This document shows, in pieces, positions 9,293 through 18,120 of a stretch of DNA of 64,000 nucleotides. The position numbers were made by a program, and so were the translations under genes. This DNA comes from Candidatus Aenigmatarchaeota archaeon (GTDB lineage Archaea > Aenigmatarchaeota > Aenigmatarchaeia > GW2011-AR5). Location: assembly GCA_016198685.1 (NCBI GenBank), contig JACQID010000006.1, positions 192,001 through 256,000 on the forward strand, given 5' to 3'. Position 1 is the stretch's first letter. Every line of letters begins with the position of its first letter. The notes under the pieces were generated by a model. The model searched no databases and had not been told where the DNA came from. It saw only the letters and a list, made by a program, of their open reading frames with translations.

Positions 9293-9685
9293 CTAGTTGC
9301 GAGATTCCATAATTGCCTTGAGCTTGGCAAGATCCGTTTCAATTAGTCCTATATCTTCATTGTATTTCTTATCCTCAATTCCCGGCTGACGGAAAACTGT
9401 AAAGAGCATTTCGCTTCCCTTGGCGTTGCGCAGAACTCTCATGGCATTGAATATCTTGGTGCCTGAAACTATGACGCAGTGGTCCATGACGCCAAACGCG
9501 TTCCTTTCAACGAATTCGATTTTCACAGGGCCGGATGGCGTTTCCGCTATCCATAGGTTTCCTGACTTCTTGACGGATATGCAAAACGACTTGGCCCACT
9601 TCGGCAGGTTTTCCGGATTAGACGCAAATTCATAAACCTCCTTATGGTCGCAGCCAATGGATACGCTCAATGTCCGTGATTCCAT
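9293..9685 (-). CDS. SRPBCC/polyketide cyclase-like protein (likely start 9685)
   Basis: MESRTLSVSI...VYEFASNPENLPKWA...GVMDH...MRVLRNAKGSE.LFTVFRQPG. Confidence 0.85.
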   Translation of the reverse strand: MESRTLSVSIGCDHKEVYEFASNPENLPKWAKSFCISVKKSGNLWIAETPSGPVKIEFVERNAFGVMDHCVIVSGTKIFNAMRVLRNAKGSEMLFTVFRQPGIEDKKYNEDIGLIETDLAKLKAIMESRN

Positions 9686-9747
9686 AAGAGCATGCATCGT
9701 TATTAATAGCGCTTCAACGGCTTTAAGGCAAGCGGTTGCAAATAATC

Positions 9748-10222
9748 GAATGCGATTTGCTAAACAGAATATTATTCTTGCTGGAAGTCTGGTTGCGTTA
9801 TTGGTTTTTGGCGTTTGGGATGAGAAAAACTTGAATGCCCCAAACTTGAACGCAATTATCCTGCAGTCATAAAAGGCAATTGGGAGCCTTCTACTTTGCA
9901 CATGGACATGATATTGTCGGAATCGAAGAATCTAAGGAAGCTTGGCGTGAATACCGTATCCGTTGTGCCTCATTATGACTACGAGAATGGCAAAACGGTA
10001 TTAAGAGATAGCATAGAAAGCCATATCAATAGGATAGTGAGGGCCAAGCAGGAAGGCTTTGCAGTCATGCTCGTTCCGGATTTTGCGGGAGGCGACAGCA
10101 AAAAAATCGGCGTGCCGCTTGAACAATTCCTTTCCGATGCAAGAAATATTTCGCTTGACTGGGCATTGATTGCTGAAGAATATAACGTAGAATATTTTGC
10201 AACATTTTATAATGCTATTTAG
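9748..10222 (+). pseudogene. frameshifted, truncated secreted glycoside-hydrolase-like (GH113-like TIM barrel) gene
   Basis: Signal-like MRFAKQNIILAGSLVALLVFG in one frame; the frame shifts near 9820-9840 to YPAVIKGNWEP...LGVNTVSVVP...AKQEGFAVMLVP...WALIAEEYNVEYF, which then stops early. Confidence 0.55.
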
Positions 10223-10303
10223 ATATAATAAATTGCAGATAAAAGTTCCATTATTATTGCAATTTATATAATATCTGCTTATTTATACACCAAACGGGAT
10301 TTA

Positions 10304-11506
10304 ATGCCTATGGCCGAATGGTCGTTGTTTTTGGCAGGTATCATATTCATCATAGGATTTGTCGGCAATCTGGCATTCAAGCGCACGAGAATCCCAGAAG
10401 CGCTCTTTCTCATACTCGCAGGTCTTCTTGCGGGCCCTGCTTTAGGCATCATCGATAGCGCCACTTCGGTAGCCATAATGCCTGTTGTGGCTACTCTAAT
10501 GATAATAGTTGTCATGCTAGATAACGGTCTGTCATTTGACCTGTTCAAGGTTGTGCGTGCGCTGCCCGCTACATTAAGGTTGAGCATATGTATAATGCTT
10601 GTGACTGCCGGACTGATAGCTGCAGTGCTTGTGCTTTTAGGAGTGCCTCCTGTAATAGGCTTGCTTGTAGGCTTCATACTCGCGGGAACTACAACGGACG
10701 TCGTTGCAGGCTTGACGTCAAAAATGCCGGTTCCGCGCGACACGAAGCAATTTCTGGTATTCGAGTCTGTCATTAATGACGTACAGATAATACCATTTTT
10801 TGTCTTGATGGGCTTTATGATTAATTCTGCCGTAGGATTTCCATGGGGAATGCTGTTAGGCATACCGGTTGCAATAGCTATTGGAACTATAATAGCAATA
10901 GCGTGGACATTCGTATTAGGAAGATTTATCGGCAAGCATCCGCTCAACTACGCAGCGACAATAGGAATTCTTCTGGTCGTGTACAGCTTGGTCGAGACAC
11001 TTGGCGGCAATGCCCCTCTTGCAGCGCTTTCTTTCAGCCTTGTACTGGGCAATGCAGTGCGGGTTTTCGATAAATTAAAATTCAAGCTTGATTTACGCAG
11101 AAAATTTACGCCTGCGATAATAAAGGATCTTAAGCAGATAGAAACGGATGTCTCATTTTTCGTGCGCGCATTATTCTTCTTTTTTCTCGGCGCGGCATTT
11201 AGTTTCAAATCCCTTGACGCAGGTGTCGCAGTAGCGATAACCGTTGTGATGGCCGCAATACTGGTGTCGCGTTTCGTGCTATTCAGGATAGCTGCATTGA
11301 AGGCGCCGCATTACGGAGTTCACATAGGCGTTCTGACATGGATAATGCCGCGCGGGTATGTTGCTGCGGTTCTGGCTTTCAGCGCAGCTGGTGCTGGGGC
11401 AATCACGCCTCAGCTTCTGGACGTTATGCTGCTAGCCATATACCTTACCACCTTCGTAAGCATGCTATATGCAACATATTACGGGCAGAGATACGGGAAA
11501 GCGTGA
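10304..11506 (+). CDS. cation:proton antiporter (CPA1/NhaP-like)
   Basis: About 12 TM segments; FESVINDV and MPRGYVAAVLA motifs. Confidence 0.88.
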   Translation: MPMAEWSLFLAGIIFIIGFVGNLAFKRTRIPEALFLILAGLLAGPALGIIDSATSVAIMPVVATLMIIVVMLDNGLSFDLFKVVRALPATLRLSICIMLVTAGLIAAVLVLLGVPPVIGLLVGFILAGTTTDVVAGLTSKMPVPRDTKQFLVFESVINDVQIIPFFVLMGFMINSAVGFPWGMLLGIPVAIAIGTIIAIAWTFVLGRFIGKHPLNYAATIGILLVVYSLVETLGGNAPLAALSFSLVLGNAVRVFDKLKFKLDLRRKFTPAIIKDLKQIETDVSFFVRALFFFFLGAAFSFKSLDAGVAVAITVVMAAILVSRFVLFRIAALKAPHYGVHIGVLTWIMPRGYVAAVLAFSAAGAGAITPQLLDVMLLAIYLTTFVSMLYATYYGQRYGKA

Positions 11507-11508
11507 TA

Positions 11509-11988
11509 TCAGGCAGGACATCCGGTCTTATTACCGAGCTCCTGCAGCGTCATCTCTCCGATGATACGCGAGCCATCTTTGAACTCCCATGTCGGATAGC
11601 GACGTATATTGGCACCGATACATGTCTGCGTTTGGCCTGACCTGTCGGCTGTTGAGCATTCGATGTACGGCAGATATTCCGCCGACTGCCCGAATATTGC
11701 TTTTTGATCCGCGCAGTGCGGGCACCAGAAAGCCCCGTAGAATCTAGCGCCGCTTTCTGCTATGCATTTGGCAAAGCCGTCATACTGCCCCGGCGCTGAG
11801 TCCATAGAATAAAGATAATATCCGAGGCTAAAAATGGCTATGAGTATTACGGCATAAAGCACATGCGACATTTTGATTTTGGCCCAAGGCGCAGCTTTTT
11901 CCGGCGTATGTTTTGTTTTGTTATGAGAATATAGTGTGTCTTCCGAAGGCAACAGGCTGGTGCATTGATGGTATTCCATTCCGTCCAT
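11509..11988 (-). CDS. membrane-anchored thioredoxin/glutaredoxin-like protein (VKOR-partner-like)
   Basis: TM helix, then FAKC....ARFYGAFWCPHCADQK..FG...LPYIECS...YPTWEF. Confidence 0.85.
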   Translation of the reverse strand: MDGMEYHQCTSLLPSEDTLYSHNKTKHTPEKAAPWAKIKMSHVLYAVILIAIFSLGYYLYSMDSAPGQYDGFAKCIAESGARFYGAFWCPHCADQKAIFGQSAEYLPYIECSTADRSGQTQTCIGANIRRYPTWEFKDGSRIIGEMTLQELGNKTGCPA

Positions 11989-11993
11989 AATTA

Positions 11994-12581
11994 TCATGCC
12001 CCCTCCACGGAGCATCCGGTGCCAGAGAAGCACGATGCCTCATCGGGAGGCAGCCCCCTTTGAGGGCATTTGCCTGAGTATATACATGCATTGTCAGCGA
12101 CAGAATTTATCTGTATCGTCGTGTCTTGTACGGCGCTGCCGTAAGTTATTAGTATTTTGTCAAGGTCTTTTAGGTCATATTCTCCATAGGCATTGCTTTG
12201 CTGGCCGTTGATAAACATTCGCAACCGCGAGCTATCAGTATTGCAATAGGAAGATCCGTTATCAAGCGCAAAGCACGTTGAATTGAAATTCATGTTGAGA
12301 GACCGGAAAAAGAATCCGAGGGTTATGCCTTCTGCATGCTTGTGGATAACTGAGCCTTCCATGTCATGCAGATGCATGAAATTGCTGAGGGTCTTGCTGT
12401 CTGTAGACATGTACTTTTCCTGGGAAAAATTGTAAGGTTCGTTGTTGATATATACCCTGAAATCTGCGTGCTCATGAACTTCGCCTACGATGCCGGATGT
12501 TTTGTTTTGGCTTCCGAAATAAAACATCATGATTCCCAGAGCGATAACGATAGCTGCAGCAGAAATAGCGCGATTCATCAT
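11994..12581 (-). CDS. secreted His-rich putative metal-binding protein
   Basis: N-terminal TM/signal; HEHADF, FMHLHD, IHKHAEGITLGFFF; Cys-rich tail. Confidence 0.75.
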   Translation of the reverse strand: MMNRAISAAAIVIALGIMMFYFGSQNKTSGIVGEVHEHADFRVYINNEPYNFSQEKYMSTDSKTLSNFMHLHDMEGSVIHKHAEGITLGFFFRSLNMNFNSTCFALDNGSSYCNTDSSRLRMFINGQQSNAYGEYDLKDLDKILITYGSAVQDTTIQINSVADNACIYSGKCPQRGLPPDEASCFSGTGCSVEGA

Positions 12582-12717
12582 CCTCATATATATGCAGGCC
12601 AAGCGATTTATCCGCATCGAATGCGCCGGCTACGTGCAAGGCTTAAATTCCTTTATCGTGAAGCAAATTATGGACATAAAAAACGTTGCCGGGGAGAAAG
12701 ATAGAATATCGTGCAGC

Positions 12718-12996
12718 ATGGATTATCGGGCACTGGGACTGGAAATTTATATTAATTTTGGATGGGATGGGGATTCCATATGGGGGCCTTATCATACAAT
12801 GCAGGACGTGCATAACGCGGCTCTCTCTTTCCCGAAAGGCAGGGCTTATGATGTCGTTTTTAGATCCGTCTTTGGCCAAGAAGACGCACATATAACATAT
12901 ACGAGAGGTAGAGAGATGCTGGAGATTGAGGAGCCGATGCGAACAGTGACGCAATCGAGACGAGTTATTCCCAGTGTCTATTGTCGCGAAAGCTGA
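12718..12996 (+). CDS. hypothetical protein
   Basis: Open frame in an otherwise empty gap; no motif recognised. Confidence 0.4.
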   Translation: MDYRALGLEIYINFGWDGDSIWGPYHTMQDVHNAALSFPKGRAYDVVFRSVFGQEDAHITYTRGREMLEIEEPMRTVTQSRRVIPSVYCRES

Positions 12997-13054
12997 ATAT
13001 TTCCGTCGGGTAAGGATATTGAAGAATCGTGATGCTCTTGCGCAGGATGATATG

Positions 13055-13204
13055 TCAAATTTTTCCTACGGAAAGCACTTTTCCGCACTTGGGACATATA
13101 TAGAAGACTTTATCTGCCCCGAGGCGCATATCCCTCGTGGTTGTTATCCTTTCCTCGCAGAACGGACATATTGGCTCTTGGTTGTGATAATCGCCTATGG
13201 GCAT
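13055..13204 (-). CDS. small zinc-ribbon protein (49 aa), not in ORF track
   Basis: MPIGDYHNQEPICPFCEERITTTRDMRLGADKVFYICPKCGKVLSVGKI: CPFC...CPKC. Confidence 0.7.
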   Translation of the reverse strand: MPIGDYHNQEPICPFCEERITTTRDMRLGADKVFYICPKCGKVLSVGKI

Positions 13205-13254
13205 TGTTTTACCTATCAAGGGAAGATTTAATAGCTTTCCGGCGAATGTAAATC

Positions 13255-13410
13255 ATGGCCGAAAAGAAAATGAACATGCCTCAGGGCATGGCAGGTCTTA
13301 CGCGATATTACGACGTAAAAGAAGGCGCAATCAGGGTTTCCCCAAAAGCGGTTGTAGCGCTTGCAACAGGCTTCTCATTATTCATCGTCATCCTTAATGC
13401 TGTTGCTTAA
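13255..13410 (+). CDS. secG: preprotein translocase subunit Sec61-beta, not in ORF track
   Basis: MAEKKMNMPQGMAGLTRYYDVKEGAIRVSPKAVV plus TM; GLxRYY is the family signature. Confidence 0.92.
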   Translation: MAEKKMNMPQGMAGLTRYYDVKEGAIRVSPKAVVALATGFSLFIVILNAVA

Positions 13411-13501
13411 CTGTACTGAAGGGCATAATTAATCTTTTTTCTTAATTCTTCGTAAGAATCAAAAATCAAATGCTTAACTGTACTGAAGGGCATAATTAAT
13501 C
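13404..13501. repeat. perfect 31-bp direct repeat x2 separated by 36 bp
   Basis: TGCTTAACTGTACTGAAGGGCATAATTAATC at 13404-13434 and 13471-13501. Confidence 0.95.
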
Positions 13502-13587
13502 CCCGATTATGACGCCTTTAATTTATATGATTTGCGCGAGAATTAATGTCTTTAGGTATATTTCTTGGTGCGTATCCATGAATTCTT

Positions 13588-14382
13588 ATGAAAATCAGGA
13601 TAGGCACGGCAGGCTCGCCCACGGGCAGCAACATGACAGGCATAGCTGTGACTGAAAAAGCAGGGTTGCACGCGATGGAAGTGCAATTCGGGCGGGGCAT
13701 ACAGATGGGCAATGATCTTGCCGAAAAAATAGGGGAAGAACGGAAAAAATATAGTATAGGCCTCAGCGTGCACGCGCCCTATTACATAAACCTTCTTTCA
13801 GACAAGGCAGAAGCAAGCAGACAGAGGATAATAGATTCCTGCGATCGGGCAAAGCGCATGGGAGCTTCGCCAGTAGTTTTCCATCCGGGATATTACGGAA
13901 AGCTTTCGAAGCAAGAGGCTTACGAAGAAGCAAAAAGGCAGATATCCATTATACTCGATAAAGTCAAAGGATGGGGTGTTGAAATCGCTCCTGAGAATAC
14001 AGGTAAGGACACGCAATTTGGCACAATCGAAGAAGTTCTTGGACTAGCCAACGACCTCAAAACGTCTTTCTGCATGGACATAGCCCATTTCCGGGCGAAG
14101 TATCGAGGCAAAGAGAACCTTGATGATATGTTCGCCATGGTCCCAAAAAAACACGTTCATTTTCAGTATTCGGGCGTCGAATGGAATTCCGGAGGAGAGA
14201 AGCAACATCTACCCATAGAAAAGGCGCATTTCACGGACTTTGCCCGGAAGATTCTTGAAAGAAAAACCGACTGCACGATAATATGCGAGTCTCCCGACAC
14301 GTTTGAAGACGCGCAGAAAATGAAGAAAATATTTGAAGATTTAGGCTGGGAATTCGAGGCGCAAAAGCGAAGTAAAAGCTAA
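13588..14382 (+). CDS. nfo: endonuclease IV (AP endonuclease 2)
   Basis: LSVHAPYYINL, VVFHPG, APENTGK..QFG, CMDIAH, ICESP. Confidence 0.9.
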   Translation: MKIRIGTAGSPTGSNMTGIAVTEKAGLHAMEVQFGRGIQMGNDLAEKIGEERKKYSIGLSVHAPYYINLLSDKAEASRQRIIDSCDRAKRMGASPVVFHPGYYGKLSKQEAYEEAKRQISIILDKVKGWGVEIAPENTGKDTQFGTIEEVLGLANDLKTSFCMDIAHFRAKYRGKENLDDMFAMVPKKHVHFQYSGVEWNSGGEKQHLPIEKAHFTDFARKILERKTDCTIICESPDTFEDAQKMKKIFEDLGWEFEAQKRSKS

Positions 14383-14409
14383 TTAATTCATGTCGTTAAT
14401 AATATACTT

Positions 14410-15252
14410 ATGATTCTTGTGACTGGCGGAGCCGGTTTCATAGGCTCGCATCTCGTAAAAAAGCTGCAAAAAGGCGGCAATCATGTAAGAGTTCTTGACA
14501 ATCTCTGTTCAGGGAAAAAAGAGAATGTCTCGGGCGTTGATTTCGTGGTGGGCGATGTAAAATCCGAGATAGATGTATCGAAAGTCGTCAAAGGATGCGA
14601 ATATGTGTTTCATCTGGCGGCTTTGACTGATGCGCGCGATATGGGCGATGACGTTTTCAAGGTCAATTTCTTAGGGTCAAAGAATGTCTTTGCCGCGGCA
14701 GAAAGACACGGAGCCAAAGTCATATTTGCATCGTCAGCTGCGGTCTACGGGGAAGGGACTGCGACTGAAGACTCACCTTTGAAGCCGTTAAATGACTACG
14801 GCAAGAGCAAGGCCAAGGCCGAAAAACTGCTGAAAAGCGGGTTCATAGCAAGACTCTTCAATGTCTACGGGCCCGCTGGCAAAAGCGTGATAAACAGATT
14901 TGTCAAGGGCATCTGTGCCGGAAACGGCAACATAACAATTTACGGAAGCGGCCTTCAGACGAGGGATTATGTTTATGTTGACGATGTGGTTGACGCACTC
15001 ATGCTTGGCATGAACAGCGAAGGAATATACAATGTAGGAACAGGCTCCGAGACTTCTTTGTTGAACTTGGTCACGATGATAGAGAGATCCTGCGGTGCCG
15101 GCACTTCTATAAAATTTGAAGATGCAAAAAATGAGATTCAAAGGAGCAAGGCTATCATAACGAAAATAAAGGCGATAGGCTGGTCGCCAAAAGTTGCGCT
15201 TGAAGAAGGCATAAGACGCATATCTAGCGCTTCTTCAGGGCGTTCCGCATGA
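14410..15252 (+). CDS. NAD-dependent epimerase/dehydratase (GalE-like)
   Basis: ILVTGGAGFIGSH, SSAAVYG, YGKSK, RLFNVYG, RDYVYVDDVV. Confidence 0.93.
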   Translation: MILVTGGAGFIGSHLVKKLQKGGNHVRVLDNLCSGKKENVSGVDFVVGDVKSEIDVSKVVKGCEYVFHLAALTDARDMGDDVFKVNFLGSKNVFAAAERHGAKVIFASSAAVYGEGTATEDSPLKPLNDYGKSKAKAEKLLKSGFIARLFNVYGPAGKSVINRFVKGICAGNGNITIYGSGLQTRDYVYVDDVVDALMLGMNSEGIYNVGTGSETSLLNLVTMIERSCGAGTSIKFEDAKNEIQRSKAIITKIKAIGWSPKVALEEGIRRISSASSGRSA

Positions 15253-15925
15253 CATATTTGAAATCTATCCAATAATCTTTCATGCTTCTTTCGCGTCTCC
15301 TCATGAGAAACAGGAAGTTCTTTACTCCGTCTGCAATTCCCACGCCTTTGACATATACGGGAGAGGCTATCGGGACATTGGTGTATTTTATGTTGTTTCT
15401 GCCGACTTCAAATATTATTTCCACTGCAATCTCATAACGTTCTGCAATCAAGCGCAGTTTCTTTAGCGAGTCTGCGCTAAAGGCGCGGGATCCTGATTCC
15501 GTGTCTTTCAGTGACGTTCCTGAGATGAAGTTTGTTGCCGCATTAAGGAAAAGATTGCCGAATTTCTTGATAAAAGGGTATTTTGACAGGTCACGCCTGC
15601 CAAGGACAAAGCCGTATCCCTGCTTTATTTTCTCAATGAGTTTAGGAATGTCTGCAGGGTCATGCTGGCCGTCGGCATCTATTGTTATGATAATGTCGGC
15701 CTTCATGGAAAGCGCCTTTGAAAAGCCGGTTCTCAGGGCAGAACCCAGGCCGCGATTCTGTTCGTGGCTCACTACAGTCGCTCCTGCTTTGCGCGCAAGC
15801 GATGCGGTAGCGTCGAAAGAAGCATCATCTACGACAATGATCTTATCAACAAAAGACTTAGTGCGTTGCACTGCCGAGAAAACGGTTTTTTCTTCATTGT
15901 ATGCCGGCATTACTGCTATTATCAT
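15224..15925 (-). CDS. GT2 glycosyltransferase (dolichol-P-mannose synthase-like)
   Basis: MPAYNEE, VVDDAS, NRGLG, DADGQH, DTESG.R. Confidence 0.92.
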   Translation of the reverse strand: MIIAVMPAYNEEKTVFSAVQRTKSFVDKIIVVDDASFDATASLARKAGATVVSHEQNRGLGSALRTGFSKALSMKADIIITIDADGQHDPADIPKLIEKIKQGYGFVLGRRDLSKYPFIKKFGNLFLNAATNFISGTSLKDTESGSRAFSADSLKKLRLIAERYEIAVEIIFEVGRNNIKYTNVPIASPVYVKGVGIADGVKNFLFLMRRRERSMKDYWIDFKYVMRNALKKR

Positions 15926-15948
15926 CGAGTTGAATTGTTAACGAGCCC

Positions 15949-16188
15949 TTAAATTTCAATGCTTGTCATGTACCTAATGGAGCGGCCGAGCCTATAAGCA
16001 GGCTTTGCAACTTTTTCCAGAAACCTTGAAAACCTGGCGGCTCGGTCGGGATTCTCGGGCCAGAAGTCCTTTGCAATGGATTCGGCATTGTAAGATTTTT
16101 TTGCGGTGAGCCCCCTCTGGAAATTAGAGATGGGAGTGCAGATAGGAGCTTGGGTATAGAAGGTAATGTAGGCTCCCATATCAGCCAT
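15949..16188 (-). CDS. hypothetical protein
   Basis: Fills the gap between histone and GT2; start uncertain. Confidence 0.45.
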   Translation of the reverse strand: MADMGAYITFYTQAPICTPISNFQRGLTAKKSYNAESIAKDFWPENPDRAARFSRFLEKVAKPAYRLGRSIRYMTSIEI

Positions 16189-16210
16189 CAAATCAACGAA
16201 GGGATACAAC

Positions 16211-16405
16211 CTATTTAGAGGCAAACTCAACATCCTCTTTTTTGACAGTACGCCGGCCGGCATGTTCACAGAGCTTCACAGCGCTTGCTGCGATGGAAGA
16301 ACCATATTCTTCGGTCAAATCCCGGAGCTCAGCGGCGGCTTCTCTTGCCATCCTCTTGGCGCCGGCCTTTTTGGCAAGTTTTTCGAACGGCAACATCGGT
16401 AACAT
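16211..16405 (-). CDS. archaeal histone
   Basis: LP..PFEKLAKKAGAKR...A......EHAGRRTVKKEDV histone fold. Confidence 0.93.
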   Translation of the reverse strand: MLPMLPFEKLAKKAGAKRMAREAAAELRDLTEEYGSSIAASAVKLCEHAGRRTVKKEDVEFASK

Positions 16406-16556
16406 AGCTATATTTAGCTTCGCATGAATAAAAACCTCCTGTTCCGGGTTTAAAATAGCGAAATCTTTAAATACTTTATTGCTAGAATTTAGAGTTTAGA
16501 GGGCAAATGCTGTGTTACTTCATGGAAGTGACAAATAGTTTTTTCATATATAGAGG

Positions 16557-17492
16557 GTGATGATAATGGCAATTAGTAAATGTCCGGAATGCGGTTCAAC
16601 CAAATTCTATAATGATCCCGACCGCGCAGAGAAGACCTGCGCCAAATGCGGGATGGTAATAGAAGGAAATATTATAGATGTAGGTCAGGAATGGCGTGCT
16701 TTCGACTATGAACAGAAAGTCAAGCGCGCAAGAACAGGCGCTCCACTGACGCACAAGAGGCATGATAAAGGCCTTACTACAGAAATAGGAAAAGGTTCTA
16801 CTGAATTGTTCAAAGTTCCTGCAAAGAAAAGAGGGCAGTTCTTCAGGATAAGGAAATGGCAGAAGAGACTGCTCACAAGCAAGGACAGGAACATGTCTTT
16901 TGCAATGAGCGAACTGCAGAGGCTTGTTTCTTACTTAGGGTTGCCTAAGACGTTGCATGAAGAAGTTGCAAAGCTCTATGAGAAGGCGCTTCAGAAAGGC
17001 CTTGTCAGGGGAAGATCTATAGAAAGCATAATAGCTGCTCTTGTATATTCGCTTTCCAGAGAGTACCATACTCCAAGAACGTTGACTGAAATCTCCCAAG
17101 CTTCCGGTATAGGCAAGCGTGAGCTGGGAAGAACATACAGATACATTTCAAGAAAGCTTGACATAAGAATCCTGCCTGCAAGAGCCGATACATACATTCC
17201 AAGATTCTCTTCGATGCTCAAGCTCTCCGACAGGACGCAGATACATGCAATAAAGATACTCAAAGCTGCCAAGGATAAAGATGTTATTTCTGGCAAGGGG
17301 CCGACGGGGTGCGCCGCCGCCGCAATATACATCGCTTCAGTTCTCGAAGGCGAGAGGAAGACGCAGAGAGAAGTTGCCGATGTTGTAGGCGTAACAGAAG
17401 TTACAATCAGAAACCGCTACAAGGAAATGGCAGAAGCGCTCAACATAGAAGAAGAAGTCGAGAAGAAGGCCAAGGAAGAAGAAGTGAAGTAA
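16557..17492 (+). CDS. tfb: transcription initiation factor IIB
   Basis: Zn ribbon CPECG...CAKCG, GQEWRAF, RTGAP, two cyclin repeats, VTEVTIRNRYKE. Confidence 0.98.
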   Translation: MMIMAISKCPECGSTKFYNDPDRAEKTCAKCGMVIEGNIIDVGQEWRAFDYEQKVKRARTGAPLTHKRHDKGLTTEIGKGSTELFKVPAKKRGQFFRIRKWQKRLLTSKDRNMSFAMSELQRLVSYLGLPKTLHEEVAKLYEKALQKGLVRGRSIESIIAALVYSLSREYHTPRTLTEISQASGIGKRELGRTYRYISRKLDIRILPARADTYIPRFSSMLKLSDRTQIHAIKILKAAKDKDVISGKGPTGCAAAAIYIASVLEGERKTQREVADVVGVTEVTIRNRYKEMAEALNIEEEVEKKAKEEEVK

Positions 17493-18086
17493 TTATCTGA
17501 ACAACAATTCTGGGTCGTAGCCTTGTTCCTTAAGGTAATTCCTTATATCTCGCAGGCCGACTTTAACGCGCGTTCTTATTGTGCTTGCGGGGATGCCGGT
17601 TTGCCGCTGCATAGTAGAATATTTGACTCCCTGAAGATGCATAATTATTGCTTCTCTCGTGTTTTCCGGCAGGGCGTTTATGGCAGTAATTGCGGCATCG
17701 GCCGCATCCTGTACAACAATCATGCAGGTGAAATCAGGCGAGGAAGACAATGCTGCGTCAGCGTAATAGATGAACTCAGGTCGATTGCCGGGATTTCTTC
17801 CTGTGTTATGCCTTTGCTTGTCGATTGAGGCATTACGCACTATAGTGTACATCCAGCCACGGAACCCTGCTTTGTTTGAAGTGTCAAACCCTATCCGGGG
17901 CTCGTTATATACACGATGAATTTTTAGGAGAGCGTCATGCAAACACTCTTCCGAATCTTCAGGAGAAAGCCCCCTACCGACAAGATAGGAACGCAATTCA
18001 TGCGAATAATGCTGGTAAAGGTGTTCTATGACATCTTCAGGATTCTCCTTGCCGGTAAGATTTTGCAGATAAGGGTCTTGGATCAT
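17493..18086 (-). CDS. ECF-type sigma-70 family factor (regions 2 and 4)
   Basis: Region 2: LYQHYSHELRSYL..EDSEECLHDALLKI..FRGWMYTIVRNASID. Region 4: ALPENTREAIIMHLQGVKYSTMQRQTGIPASTIRTRVKVGLRDIR. Confidence 0.85.
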   Translation of the reverse strand: MIQDPYLQNLTGKENPEDVIEHLYQHYSHELRSYLVGRGLSPEDSEECLHDALLKIHRVYNEPRIGFDTSNKAGFRGWMYTIVRNASIDKQRHNTGRNPGNRPEFIYYADAALSSSPDFTCMIVVQDAADAAITAINALPENTREAIIMHLQGVKYSTMQRQTGIPASTIRTRVKVGLRDIRNYLKEQGYDPELLFR

Positions 18087-18106
18087 GATATGAGATTAGA
18101 AAAAAA

Positions 18107-18113
18107 TATTTAA
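18107..18113 (-). promoter_or_regulatory. TATA-like box upstream of sigma-like gene
   Basis: TTAAATA on the minus strand, 21-27 nt upstream of the ATG at 18086, consistent with a leaderless archaeal transcript. Confidence 0.45.
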
Positions 18114-18120
18114 GCGGGCA

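Noticed and set aside
13404-13501. Calling this repeat a CRISPR array
   Set aside because: Only two repeats, no leader or cas genes, no palindrome or GAAA(C/G) end; kept as a plain repeat.
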